In this document: one piece after another, positions 38,169 through 48,607 of the stretch
Numbering within the stretch: position 1 is the first letter of the stretch
How the letters are laid out: every line of letters begins with the position of its first letter
Assembly (NCBI GenBank): GCA_964388035.1
Contig: CAYLZE010000011.1
Span: forward strand, 21,329 to 85,328
DNA from: an uncultured archaeon
GTDB taxonomy: Archaea > Asgardarchaeota > Lokiarchaeia > Sigyniarchaeales > SOKP01
Length of the DNA: 64,000 nucleotides
Direction of reading: 5' to 3'
The notes under the pieces: generated by a model
The model's database searches: none
The model's input: only the letters and a program-made list of their open reading frames with translations
Told to the model about the DNA's origin: nothing
Translations under genes and position numbers: made by a program

Positions 38169-41045
38169 TTACAGGTTGGATATTTTTTTCTTTTCTAAAG
38201 TCAATTCCCACGCTTCTATTCGTGCGGCTGCGTAAGTTTTTATATCTCTTTTTTCTTTCCAAGGACTAAATTTTGCTCCTGCTTTGCAACAAGTGTAGAG
38301 CCCTTTAGCGAACTTAGTTCCAACGCTTACAATTGATATTGAACGTTTAAATTCTTCCAGACCATTTGTAGACCAGCCGCCGAAAAACCCTGATAAAAAG
38401 AAATACACGTATGGCCCTATCAGAAATGCAAAAACCAATACAATCAGCACTCCAAGCAATCCCCCGCCAGTAATCAGAAATATGAACGAACTTATGAAAT
38501 AGAAGACAATACCAGCTATTCCTGGAGCAATAAAGGTTTTAAATGGAAATATTTTAAGATCGGGTAGAAATTTTTTTTTAATGATTGAATACATACATAT
38601 ATTTTTAAAAATTATCGCTGGAAGATACGCATATAAGATTGCAAAAATTCCAATGGTAGGATTAATTGCGAGAGTTGGAATGAGAATAATCATTAGAATT
38701 GCTCTAGAACCTTGTTCTATAACCCATGCTAATCCGCCGTAAATAGGACGATTCAAACCTGCGAAAATAGAATCTCCCAAACCAGAATAAGGAACAAAAA
38801 TGTAGAATACGATGAGAAGCGGCATTATTAACGCGACAGATTGAAATTGGAGCGGAGTCAAGGCTAATATTAAGGGCACCATGATAGCAAGCATTGCCGA
38901 TGCAACCCAAAAGGTGAAATTTGAGATCCACTTGAAGCTCGACGTGATATTGTAGTTTAATAATTGGAATTTCTTATTTTCATACGCCTCTGAAACCGAA
39001 GGAATGATTGCCGCAGAAAAAAGTGTCATCACAGCAACAAGAAGAGCAACACCATTGGCGAGATTCCAATATCCTAACCAGTTGTTATAATTGTCTAAGT
39101 AAACACTCAAGAGAACTATCTGAATTGTCATGACTAAAGGAACTAAGGCTTGCCCAGGAGCATATTTTATCCCAAATTTGAGCATGTCTTTCAACATCTC
39201 CCAGTCAAAATCGACTCGAAAAATTGAACTCCCAGAATAACCAAAAGTTTTGCGAAAGAGCCACCAACTAATAAAAAATATCGATAAATTTGCAATAAAG
39301 TTTGATATAGCGGACCCTATAGCACCTCCTAATGCAATTCCAATAGTAGGATTAGCACTACCAATTTGAATAAAAATAGGTACTATAATTAACTGGACGA
39401 TAATAAGTAATGGCGCTAAAATCGTGGTTCCAACATAAGCCGCATCTGTTCTTTGAAGCGAATTGAAGATATTGATAAATACTAAATAGAACCCTAACCA
39501 TTGAAAGAGGCTATACAGTACGAAAACATAAGTTAAGTGAGCATAAACTGTACTGGGAAATCCTATGCCCACTAAAAAACCTACAAGCATGATTTGAAAA
39601 GCCCCCGTTATCACTTGAAACCATAAATAACATTGAGCTGCATTTATTGCTTTTACTGGTTCAGAAATACGATATGCGGCGAACTTTCTCGTCATCCAAA
39701 CCGAAGTTCCTAAATCTGCAAAAGTAAATAATGCTGCAAAAAAATTTACCACAAAGGTATACATGCCCTGCCCGCTTGGTGAAGGGAATATATATGCGGG
39801 GAAAAACCACAAGAAGAAAATCGTAAACGGTAGGATTGCTAAAATTAGGATTAATAAACCAGTGAAAACTCCTCCAATCTGTCTGTGCAAACCGATGGCG
39901 TTCCATCCTTGTAAGTATTTTGGCAAAGTGGATTCAATTTCTTCAAAAGAAAATTTATCCTTATCCACGGCTATTGTTTTTATTTTTTCAATTTCTTCAA
40001 GACTCATTTCATGCTCCTCTTCTTCTTTTAACTCTTCAATTTTTAATTTGGCTTTTCGTTTTGCTTCAATTTCTTCTGCAGTTTCTAAGGCTACAACTTC
40101 CTTAAGCGGATGATTCAGGGAATATTTGCGAGCATATATGAACGCAAAGTAAGAACCAAAGGCTAAAGCACCGAAAATTGCAGCAATAATTAATATTCCA
40201 AAATCATGGGGAACGGGGCTATAAGGCCAAGATCGATAAGAGGGAATGGGTTTATCTTGGAGGAACATGAAACAAGAATAAAAAAAGTATCCTGTATATG
40301 GCCAACTATCGGTTATTTCATTGAGATTTAATTTTGCGTTGAACCAAATTGTAAAAACTAAAATATTTCCTCCCATTTTGAGATCTTTGTAAAATAAGAA
40401 AACATCTCCCGAGTTGTCAGAAAAATCTTGTAAAATTATGGCAGAATTCTTTGCGTCTTTGGTATAAAAACTATCGGAGGATAAAATGCTGAAATTATGA
40501 ATTTCAGGCATTGTATTCCATGGTACATTTTCTGTCAGTTCCGGAACATTGGCGGTATTTCTGCAAATTGCATATCCCAATTCGTTGTTTCCTTCAAATG
40601 CAGGTAACTTATCATTATTTATGATGTTGAGCTGTTTTAAATCACTTCCTGTGGTTTTTTCATCTATCAAGAAGATGAGGGAATGATCTTTTGAGCTTTT
40701 AACATATTGATCTAAATAGTATAAGGAAGATTGTCCTAAATCCACATCGCTAACTATCACAATATCAAAACCATTCAAAGTAGATTGGCCTATATCGTTC
40801 TCTTTAATTGGAAATACATTGATACTTTTATCAAGACTCAACTTATTAAACAGAACCTCATTATAACCATCATTGGAATGAACGAAAGCAATATTTAATT
40901 TAACCTCAGTATAATTAGAAGTTTTTTCGATTTGATATTGCCAAACTAAACCGCCAATGATTATTGCAGATGTTAACACCACGCATATATAAAAAATAAT
41001 ATAAACTCGCTTGGTTAAGTTATTTTTATCTTTTTTAAGGTTCAT
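38169..41045 (-). CDS. MOP-superfamily (flippase/MATE-like) membrane protein with N-terminal extracellular alpha/beta domain
   Basis: TM, then a soluble FDIVIVSD domain, TM, charged linker, then about 14 TM with the ADLGTS motif. Confidence 0.75.
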   Translation of the reverse strand: MNLKKDKNNLTKRVYIIFYICVVLTSAIIIGGLVWQYQIEKTSNYTEVKLNIAFVHSNDGYNEVLFNKLSLDKSINVFPIKENDIGQSTLNGFDIVIVSDVDLGQSSLYYLDQYVKSSKDHSLIFLIDEKTTGSDLKQLNIINNDKLPAFEGNNELGYAICRNTANVPELTENVPWNTMPEIHNFSILSSDSFYTKDAKNSAIILQDFSDNSGDVFLFYKDLKMGGNILVFTIWFNAKLNLNEITDSWPYTGYFFYSCFMFLQDKPIPSYRSWPYSPVPHDFGILIIAAIFGALAFGSYFAFIYARKYSLNHPLKEVVALETAEEIEAKRKAKLKIEELKEEEEHEMSLEEIEKIKTIAVDKDKFSFEEIESTLPKYLQGWNAIGLHRQIGGVFTGLLILILAILPFTIFFLWFFPAYIFPSPSGQGMYTFVVNFFAALFTFADLGTSVWMTRKFAAYRISEPVKAINAAQCYLWFQVITGAFQIMLVGFLVGIGFPSTVYAHLTYVFVLYSLFQWLGFYLVFINIFNSLQRTDAAYVGTTILAPLLIIVQLIIVPIFIQIGSANPTIGIALGGAIGSAISNFIANLSIFFISWWLFRKTFGYSGSSIFRVDFDWEMLKDMLKFGIKYAPGQALVPLVMTIQIVLLSVYLDNYNNWLGYWNLANGVALLVAVMTLFSAAIIPSVSEAYENKKFQLLNYNITSSFKWISNFTFWVASAMLAIMVPLILALTPLQFQSVALIMPLLIVFYIFVPYSGLGDSIFAGLNRPIYGGLAWVIEQGSRAILMIILIPTLAINPTIGIFAILYAYLPAIIFKNICMYSIIKKKFLPDLKIFPFKTFIAPGIAGIVFYFISSFIFLITGGGLLGVLIVLVFAFLIGPYVYFFLSGFFGGWSTNGLEEFKRSISIVSVGTKFAKGLYTCCKAGAKFSPWKEKRDIKTYAAARIEAWELTLEKKKISNL

Positions 41046-41509
41046 TTTGCCTTTGTAATTGTTTTTTTTTATTTTTTTTATTTATTTTCTTCATTTGAAA
41101 CCTTAACAAAAAAATTTTAGGTATGTATTAATTTCAACATTGAACTTTAATAGTGTTATTAATTATTTAATTTTGAAGAATCTTTTAAGTAATTCTCTCT
41201 AAAAAATTAATCAAGATAGAGAGAATTAAATGATACTTGAAAAATTGTTTAAAAATTGAGTTAAAAAAAATTGAAAAGCTGCTCTTTTATTCCGAAGGCA
41301 TGCGTGCTCATGAATGGAAGGTAGTACTTATTAATGTTAAATTATGGGAATAAAAGCGGGAGTTCTTATTAAAGAATCAGAATAAGATTTCATTAAGATT
41401 TTAAAACTTTTAAGTTTTTTTTTAATTGATTAAAAAAAAGAAAAAACTGAAACAAAATAATAAAGTTCAACAAAAATACTTGTCTAATAAAAAAAGACAA
41501 TTTAATGCA

Positions 41510-41716
41510 TTATTTGACTAATAAATTTATAATAATACGTGCTACTTTATTCCTAACTCTTGGAAAAGTAGGATAGATTTTAGGAATTATTGGATTATAC
41601 TTTACTAAATTGAATTCTTCCTTGTGATCATGAGATGGAAGTTCAATTTCAGTTTTATTATATAAGCTATAGTTTTCCATAGTTATTGAATTCAAAATTA
41701 ATTCTTTTTCCATCAT
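41510..41716 (-). pseudogene. possible N-terminal remnant of an SMC/AAA-type ATPase
   Basis: LILNSITMENYSLYNKTEIEL resembles the first strands of SMC-like ATPases, but no Walker A follows; RBS-like GAGG upstream. Confidence 0.35.
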
Positions 41717-41857
41717 ATAAAATACCTCTTTTCTAAGTAAAAACAGAGTTAGATGCGATTAAATAATTATGGATATACTATATTGATAATACATGATCAT
41801 ATATAGGAGTATATAGAAGCAAGAGTATTGATTAAAATGATTCAAAAAAGAGCATTC

Positions 41858-42394
41858 TTAAAATTTTAGCAAAAAGTACCATAGAAACGCAATAACCACG
41901 TACGCGTTTCTAATTTTTCCTGCTTTTAAAATTTTTTTAACATCGTTTTCTGAAGCAAATTCAATCTCAATGATTTCGTTAGGATCAAATTCCACATCTC
42001 CTTTTTGACCTAATTTCCCCATAAAAGTATAAACTTTATTGTTCATTATTGCAGGATTTCCATCCACAGAACCAATGAGACGTAGCTCTTTCATCTCATA
42101 TCCTGTTTCCTCTTTCATTTCCCTTCTTGCTGCTTTTTCTGGAGTTTCATCTGGTTCCATGCATCCTCCAGGAATTTCTAATTCTATCCGATCATTTCCA
42201 AATCGATATTGCCTGATCATTAAAATCTTTTCATTTTCATCAATTCCAATAATATTCACCCAATTAGGAACATCAATTACATTCGCTATTACTTTTTTAC
42301 TTTTTCTGGGATGTAAATACTCTTTCTCTAAAACGTTAAAAGGAGGAGTGCTCAGGATTTGAGTTGTTCTAATTAATTTCCAGGCTTCAATCAT
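41858..42394 (-). CDS. NUDIX hydrolase (ADP-ribose pyrophosphatase-like)
   Basis: RQYR, EIPGG.MEPDETPEKAARREMKEETG Nudix box. Confidence 0.93.
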   Translation of the reverse strand: MIEAWKLIRTTQILSTPPFNVLEKEYLHPRKSKKVIANVIDVPNWVNIIGIDENEKILMIRQYRFGNDRIELEIPGGCMEPDETPEKAARREMKEETGYEMKELRLIGSVDGNPAIMNNKVYTFMGKLGQKGDVEFDPNEIIEIEFASENDVKKILKAGKIRNAYVVIAFLWYFLLKF

Positions 42395-42699
42395 TATCTA
42401 TCCTATTTTTTGTACTATTAAGAAGTTTAATTCATAAATATTCAATAATTTTTTCATGTATTTTACTAAAAGAACGAAACTCTCCAAAAAAAATAGGAGC
42501 AAAAATATCGCATTTAAAATTTAATAAAGAAGAATTATTGGTTGTTTTAAAAAACAAATTATCCTAATCTATAATATATCTCAAAAAAGAAATTTAAATA
42601 GCAATCTACTAGTCCTACTATAAATTGAAGGTTTTTTAGAAATCGATTATAAATATTTGATACTTAGAATCCCTATTTATTTACGATTAGTAAGTCAAG

Positions 42700-44037
42700 T
42701 TATACTTCTAATCTCTCCAACATCCGTTTGATGCTTAAATTTTCGGGGTCTAAGTTTAATCCTAATTCTAAGATTTGTTTGGCCGCCTCTTTTTTATTTA
42801 ATGCCTCTATTAAAATCAAAGCCATGTCAGAAAATTGATTAGCATTGAAATCGTACTTATCTGGATTTTTCTCTCTTTCTTTATGGAAAAATTCCACGGC
42901 ATGCGCTATTCCTTGACTCATTAATTTTTCTCCCAAGATATAAGTGATTGGAACCTTTAAAGGCTCTAATTTATCCTCCAGCATAAAATTTAAAATTTGG
43001 GAGGTTATTTGCCATTGAGGGGTGGGAAAGGAATTAAAAAAAGTGATAACTGCTGATTTTGTTTCAGGTAAAAGGATAAAATTTGCTTGAAATCCACGAT
43101 CTGAACCAGAATGCATGATAACCTTAAAATCCTTGTATGTTCCAACGAACCAACTTAATGCCATGCCCAATTTTAGATTAGGCAGAGATTTTGGAACATC
43201 ATGATATTTTCGGACCATTAATTTATGAGTGTTTGATTCTAATATTTTAATATTAGCTAATTGGCCATGATTTAGATTTGCTAATGCCCATTGACACATA
43301 TCTACGGGATTTGAATGAAGGGTTGAACTGGGTGCGTGAATTCGATTATATGGATATTGGACATCTTTAATCCATTGATGGGGTAATCGGATATGAGAAA
43401 TTGCCTCATTCCCTTTGGGGGGTGATTCTGTAAGTAAGAAACTGCTATGGTTCATGTTTAATGGTTGAAAAATGTTTTTATTCATGTAATCTTCAAAGCT
43501 CATGGATGATACTTTTGAAATAACATCACCTAATATTTCATAGGCCATATTGCTATATTCAAATCTTTCTCCGGGTTGAAACTTTAATTTTTCATTGATA
43601 AGACTTTGAACATAGCGTTCTAAAGCACCTTCATCGAATTGTGGGTTATCCCATTCATAATCATCTACATCTGGCATTCCAGAACTATGCGTTAAAAATT
43701 GCCTTATGGTTACCTCTTTATATCTTTCATCGTGCAATTTAAAGTAAGGTAAATAAGTATTAATCGAAGCATCTAAGTCAATTTTACCCTTTTCAACTAA
43801 TTGCACTATTGCAGTAGCTACGAGGGGTTTTGATATTGAGCCCATATGATAATTCGTATAGTTATCTATTCTCTCTTGGGAACCGAGAATCTTAACTCCA
43901 AAACCCTTCGTATACATGACTTCATCATTTATTATAATCCCAACTGAATATCCTGGAAATCCAAAAAGGGCTAAATTTTTTTGTAATAATGGTTCTAATT
44001 TGGATTTAATCTTCCATGGCCAATTACTGGTTACCAT
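42700..44037 (-). CDS. beta-lactamase-family serine hydrolase with TPR-like C-terminus
   Basis: GSISK (SxxK), LTHSSG, YSN, HSG motifs. Confidence 0.9.
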   Translation of the reverse strand: MVTSNWPWKIKSKLEPLLQKNLALFGFPGYSVGIIINDEVMYTKGFGVKILGSQERIDNYTNYHMGSISKPLVATAIVQLVEKGKIDLDASINTYLPYFKLHDERYKEVTIRQFLTHSSGMPDVDDYEWDNPQFDEGALERYVQSLINEKLKFQPGERFEYSNMAYEILGDVISKVSSMSFEDYMNKNIFQPLNMNHSSFLLTESPPKGNEAISHIRLPHQWIKDVQYPYNRIHAPSSTLHSNPVDMCQWALANLNHGQLANIKILESNTHKLMVRKYHDVPKSLPNLKLGMALSWFVGTYKDFKVIMHSGSDRGFQANFILLPETKSAVITFFNSFPTPQWQITSQILNFMLEDKLEPLKVPITYILGEKLMSQGIAHAVEFFHKEREKNPDKYDFNANQFSDMALILIEALNKKEAAKQILELGLNLDPENLSIKRMLERLEV

Positions 44038-44286
44038 GTATTTATTAATTCAATTACTTATTTCTTTTTTTTCTGTCGAATTATTATTATTTATTTTTAA
44101 ACTATTTTACATTAAAAGTAAGAAAAAGCTGTAAAAAGCTTCATTATATAAATTAATTTTTTCAATAGAGCATGAGAAAAAGATAATCGAGTTAAATCGT
44201 TAGCATTTTAATTTTATTTATTGGATCATCAAATATTTCAGATTAAATTATCAAATTTAAAATTTAAATTTAAATAAAAAAATGGG

Positions 44287-45315
44287 TTATTTATTTGGTT
44301 CATTAGTACTAAATTCTAAATTCTTGGGAATTAAGCTCGTGGCAATCAATAAAAACGGAGCAATATACAATCCTGACCACATGATTATGAGCACGATTCC
44401 AAAAAAAAGGTGCTTTAACCGTTTCATTAGGGAATATTCTCCGATAGATTGAAGCCCTGTTTTAAATGCTCTTAATCCAATGTATAATGGAACTAAAATG
44501 AAGAAGAGGGAAAAAAAGACTTCTATAGAAAAAAATAGGATTACTTTTTGAATAACTTGATAGCTTAGATTAGCAGTCGTGCCAAGTAAAACTATTCCAG
44601 CGATAACTAAAATTGTATTGATGAGAGTATCAGGTTTTCCATGCGTTTTTCGGTACCATAATATAAACCCGAATCCCGTAATTAAAACTATTATCGAGGG
44701 TAAAAAGATTAGAAATAAAGGTTGACCTTCCCATTGATAAATTCTGATAATTTGGACAGGTAAGAAAAAGATTTCTGCAATCGTAAAGGATTCTCTTCGC
44801 CCCAAAGCAAATCCAAATGAACCCCCAACATTATCTGAATAGATTGCAATATAATATTTTCCCGATTCAGGAGCTGAAATGTCTAATTCACCTAATACGA
44901 TTAATATACTAGGTGTAAAAGGTTCGAAGAATTTTTGTGGAGGATTATAATAATTTAATTCCAATGAACCTACATCTCCGGGTAGATTTATCAATGAGGG
45001 AATCTTGGTCGATTTCGGCAAGCCTGGCCCTAAAAGAAGTAATTTTGGGGAGAAATTCTTATCAACATGCGAGGGTACGTGTAATGATAGATAAATATTC
45101 TGCCCTTTTTCGATTTCGAAAGAATAGTATTTCACATCATTTTTTCCTTCTAATTCGGAATAAATAGCCCAAGATTTGGTGGGATCATTTATTTCTACTA
45201 TATTATCCGATTGGGTATTATCTTCATTTATTGGAGAATGTGCACGAATTATTGATGTAATTCCCAAAAGAACAAATAAAATGAATATAGATGCTCCAAG
45301 AAGTTGTTTTTTCAT
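44287..45315 (-). CDS. membrane protein with N-terminal exported beta-sandwich and C-terminal TMs
   Basis: Signal peptide, DVKYYSF...GKYYIAI, FFEPFTP, 4-5 TM helices. Confidence 0.7.
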   Translation of the reverse strand: MKKQLLGASIFILFVLLGITSIIRAHSPINEDNTQSDNIVEINDPTKSWAIYSELEGKNDVKYYSFEIEKGQNIYLSLHVPSHVDKNFSPKLLLLGPGLPKSTKIPSLINLPGDVGSLELNYYNPPQKFFEPFTPSILIVLGELDISAPESGKYYIAIYSDNVGGSFGFALGRRESFTIAEIFFLPVQIIRIYQWEGQPLFLIFLPSIIVLITGFGFILWYRKTHGKPDTLINTILVIAGIVLLGTTANLSYQVIQKVILFFSIEVFFSLFFILVPLYIGLRAFKTGLQSIGEYSLMKRLKHLFFGIVLIIMWSGLYIAPFLLIATSLIPKNLEFSTNEPNK

Positions 45316-45742
45316 TTAATTGTACCTAAAAGTAATAATGGGATTCCTTAATTAATTATTGAAACTCAAAAATAAAAAATTTATTTTTATATTTAAAAGA
45401 TAGACTCCAAAAATGCTAATTTTATATAATTAAGAGAGAGTATTTAGAAACTGATAATCATAAAAATTTTGGCAGTAGAATCGAACGTGATATTATATGT
45501 AGGGAGGTATTATTTCTTTCACTGGATAATTTTATGAAATCCTCAGAAGAACTATCTAAGAATATATTGATAAGCTATTCACCTAAATTAATATTTGAAA
45601 TTAAAAATATCTTAAAAAAATAGAATTATTTTGGATAAATGGATGAGATTAAAATTAAGGAAACAAGAATATTTCGGGTTTGAAGAAACTAATTTTAAAT
45701 TTATTCCTTAAAAGCCAATGATCTCAAGATTATAAATGGTTT

Positions 45743-46891
45743 TTACGAGATACTTCTGGATGTTGCATAAAGCATGTTACTATATTTTTGGGATTCTACA
45801 AATTCCTCTTTGAATGATTGATTATTTGTCCACATTTTTTTATAATTTTCAAGGCTTAAATCTTGAATCTCTTGAGGAAATAATTCTCTTAAACGCTTTA
45901 TTGTTTTTTGAACTGAAATCTCCGGAAAATTACTTTTTCCAATAAGAGCATTTCTTAGATTCTTGCGATTTTCATTTTGATTATTATGGTTGAATAATTT
46001 TATTACCTGTTTTAAAATACTTTCAAAAGCTTTCTCTTTTGGTAAATCATTGAACCCCAAACTTAAAACACTAAGGGTTTTTTTAATATTTGCTATTTTT
46101 TGAGAATCAATTGAATTTAGAGTTTCACAAAATTCAACGCAACGATTACAGAAATAACATTCGCCACTCTTAGCATTTGATGAGATATATCCTGTAGGAC
46201 AGGTATTTTTGCATGAAGTACATCCGATACAATTAGAGGTTTTTCTTATTTTAAAAATAGAAAATCGTGAAATTATTGAAGCTAATGCACCAAAGGGACA
46301 TATATAACGGCAGAAAGGTCGATAAGAATAAAAACTGGCAATTACAATGATGCCTAATGTCATGGCTGGAAAGATAAGGGCTAAATTTGACGGAAACCAT
46401 ATGAGCAGGAATCCATTAATTGGGTTTAAGTAAGGAACTATTTCAACCCCTAGTATTATAATTGATGTCCAAAATGAACAAAAAACAACCCAGCGAATAA
46501 TTGTCAAATATTTTGTATTCGTTTTTAAATCATTTGTGAAATTTGAATTAAATTTTATCAAGCTCACTAATTCTTGCGCTACACCTAAGGGACAAATATA
46601 TCCGCAGAATATTCTCCCAAATATTAAAGTTAATCCCAAGAATAGAAAAGTTAATCCCTCTAAGAAAATTACATTCGGAAAACCTCCAAAAACTATTGCT
46701 CCCAATAGAAAAGAAATAATTAAGAAACTAGTTTTAATTCTTCGCGACATTAATCGTTTTTTCAGTAATATTGCTACAAGTATTACCATTAAAATGGTGC
46801 TTAACAAAATCAAATCCGCTATTAATGGATTTTTTATATGAAGAAAATATTTGGAATAATCTAATTGATCCGAAGTGTTGTTGTTCATCAT
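45743..46891 (-). CDS. NapH/MauN-like 4Fe-4S binding membrane protein
   Basis: GRIFCGYICPLG, RPFCRYICPFG, CIGCTSCKNTCP, CYFCNRCVEFC. Confidence 0.88.
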   Translation of the reverse strand: MMNNNTSDQLDYSKYFLHIKNPLIADLILLSTILMVILVAILLKKRLMSRRIKTSFLIISFLLGAIVFGGFPNVIFLEGLTFLFLGLTLIFGRIFCGYICPLGVAQELVSLIKFNSNFTNDLKTNTKYLTIIRWVVFCSFWTSIIILGVEIVPYLNPINGFLLIWFPSNLALIFPAMTLGIIVIASFYSYRPFCRYICPFGALASIISRFSIFKIRKTSNCIGCTSCKNTCPTGYISSNAKSGECYFCNRCVEFCETLNSIDSQKIANIKKTLSVLSLGFNDLPKEKAFESILKQVIKLFNHNNQNENRKNLRNALIGKSNFPEISVQKTIKRLRELFPQEIQDLSLENYKKMWTNNQSFKEEFVESQKYSNMLYATSRSIS

Positions 46892-46914
46892 ATTAAAAAC
46901 TCTTTTTACAGGTT

Positions 46915-47481
46915 TTATTTCTCACTTCCTTTTTTGAATAAATAAATATCATTCAATTTTTCATAAAAGAAGAAATTGCCATTTGCCGTGACTTTTGAGA
47001 TGATGGTCTCTTTATCATAATGGTGATCATCCACGACTAAGTAGGAATTGGATTTTAATAAGCGGAAAAATTCATTCAGTACAGCTTGCTCCTTGTTTCC
47101 TAAAGCATGCAATATATCAAAAAAAATTATCATATCAACGTTTTCATCATCGAGGTTAGTTTTACTATCTGTTTGTATCGCCTCTATATTGTTTAAATCA
47201 TATTTTTTCGCTTTACTTTTTACCGATTTAATTGCTAAGGGATGGATATCTGCAGAATAAATTCTACCAGAAGGACCAACTATTTCGGCTAATTTAATTG
47301 AATATCTTCCAGGACCACATCCATAATCTAAAATGGTATCTCCCTCATGAATAGGAAGATCTTCTAATTTTTTTATGGGATCTTTAAAGACATCCTGAAC
47401 TTTAAAAAAAGCAGCCATCATTTTAAAATCCAAATTTGACTGCAAGGTTCCTTTTCTCTTTTCTACATGAGCTTTCATCAT
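46915..47481 (-). CDS. class I SAM-dependent methyltransferase
   Basis: ILDYGCGPG, SADIHPLA; likely start ATG 47481 after GGAGG. Confidence 0.88.
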   Translation of the reverse strand: MMKAHVEKRKGTLQSNLDFKMMAAFFKVQDVFKDPIKKLEDLPIHEGDTILDYGCGPGRYSIKLAEIVGPSGRIYSADIHPLAIKSVKSKAKKYDLNNIEAIQTDSKTNLDDENVDMIIFFDILHALGNKEQAVLNEFFRLLKSNSYLVVDDHHYDKETIISKVTANGNFFFYEKLNDIYLFKKGSEK

Positions 47482-47510
47482 TTTTTTATTTCCTCCATAA
47501 AAATGTGTTG

Positions 47511-47570
47511 TGTTATTGTGATAAAACATACCAACATATTTAAATGTTTTTGTGATCAAACACAATAACA
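47511..47570. promoter_or_regulatory. candidate TrmB-family operator pair in a divergent promoter
   Basis: TGTTATTGTGATAAAACA (47511-47528) and TGTTTTTGTGATCAAACA (47545-47562), 16/18 identical and semi-palindromic; 10-bp inverted repeat 47511-47520/47561-47570. Confidence 0.55.
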
Positions 47571-47604
47571 AATTATAAATATCATGATATATTTCATCTA
47601 ATTA

Positions 47605-48519
47605 ATGGTAGAGGAAAAAAATGAGCAGTTCTTTGCAAATAAATTACAGATATTAAACTTATCTGAAGATGAGGCCTTAGTTTATTTCACATTACTAAAA
47701 TATGGGAAACAAGGAAACATTGTGCGAAAACTTAAAGAAGAATTACCTTCCATTGAAAGAACCAGATTATATTCCATTCTTAGAAAATTAATTGAAGAGG
47801 GTTATGCAATTGAAGGTCCACCATCAGATGATGCTAGAAAACCAAAAACTTTCATCGCAAAAGAACCCCTACAAACATTCAATTCCATTTACGAACAGAT
47901 GGAAAAAAACCTTGAAAATTTACAAAAATTTAGGGAAACAATATTACCTGACATTATTAATTTTTATGATAGTGGAATAAAAGTATCTTTTGAAGAGCTT
48001 TCTCCCATCGTCCAGCCCTATTTTAAATCTCTAATTAAAAGAGGCTGGAAAATTAAAGATCAAAAGGTTGTAAAAGGACTAAATCTATTTGGAGGGAAAG
48101 AATACCAAGAATACATTCTTTTTCCTCCAAATAAGACAAATGAATTAATAAATACTGTTGGAATCCTATTCTCTTTTTATGCATCAGAGATAAAAGACGT
48201 TGAGCTGCAATTTTTTGAATTTCAAATTGAGAACATGATACGAAAGTTACATGAGGATGATTTTAATGTGATTATAATAGATAAAACTAGCATAGAAATG
48301 TTCGGAAAGGAGTATCCCTCTTTATCAATTAAAGCCAGAGGATTAAATAAAAACGGTTTTATTGAATTTGGAATGAATGTAATCTTGCCGTTGGAAAAAG
48401 AAATCATTTTTATATGGGAAGAAATTGACCATGAAAAAGAGGAACTTGAAAAAGAAGTACAATCTCAGATATTAAAGGAGACTGTCGGAGCTATTTTAAA
48501 AAATCCTTCTGGTAAATAA
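47605..48519 (+). CDS. TrmB-family HTH transcriptional regulator
   Basis: LNLSEDEALVYFTLL...IERTRLYSILRKLIEEG...PKTFIAKEP. Confidence 0.85.
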   Translation: MVEEKNEQFFANKLQILNLSEDEALVYFTLLKYGKQGNIVRKLKEELPSIERTRLYSILRKLIEEGYAIEGPPSDDARKPKTFIAKEPLQTFNSIYEQMEKNLENLQKFRETILPDIINFYDSGIKVSFEELSPIVQPYFKSLIKRGWKIKDQKVVKGLNLFGGKEYQEYILFPPNKTNELINTVGILFSFYASEIKDVELQFFEFQIENMIRKLHEDDFNVIIIDKTSIEMFGKEYPSLSIKARGLNKNGFIEFGMNVILPLEKEIIFIWEEIDHEKEELEKEVQSQILKETVGAILKNPSGK

Positions 48520-48607
48520 TTCCTATTAATGTGAATTTATCTAAAAAAATAGAATGCATTGTATTTTAAGTTAGATATGATGAATAATATCAAATTAGCT
48601 CTTATTT

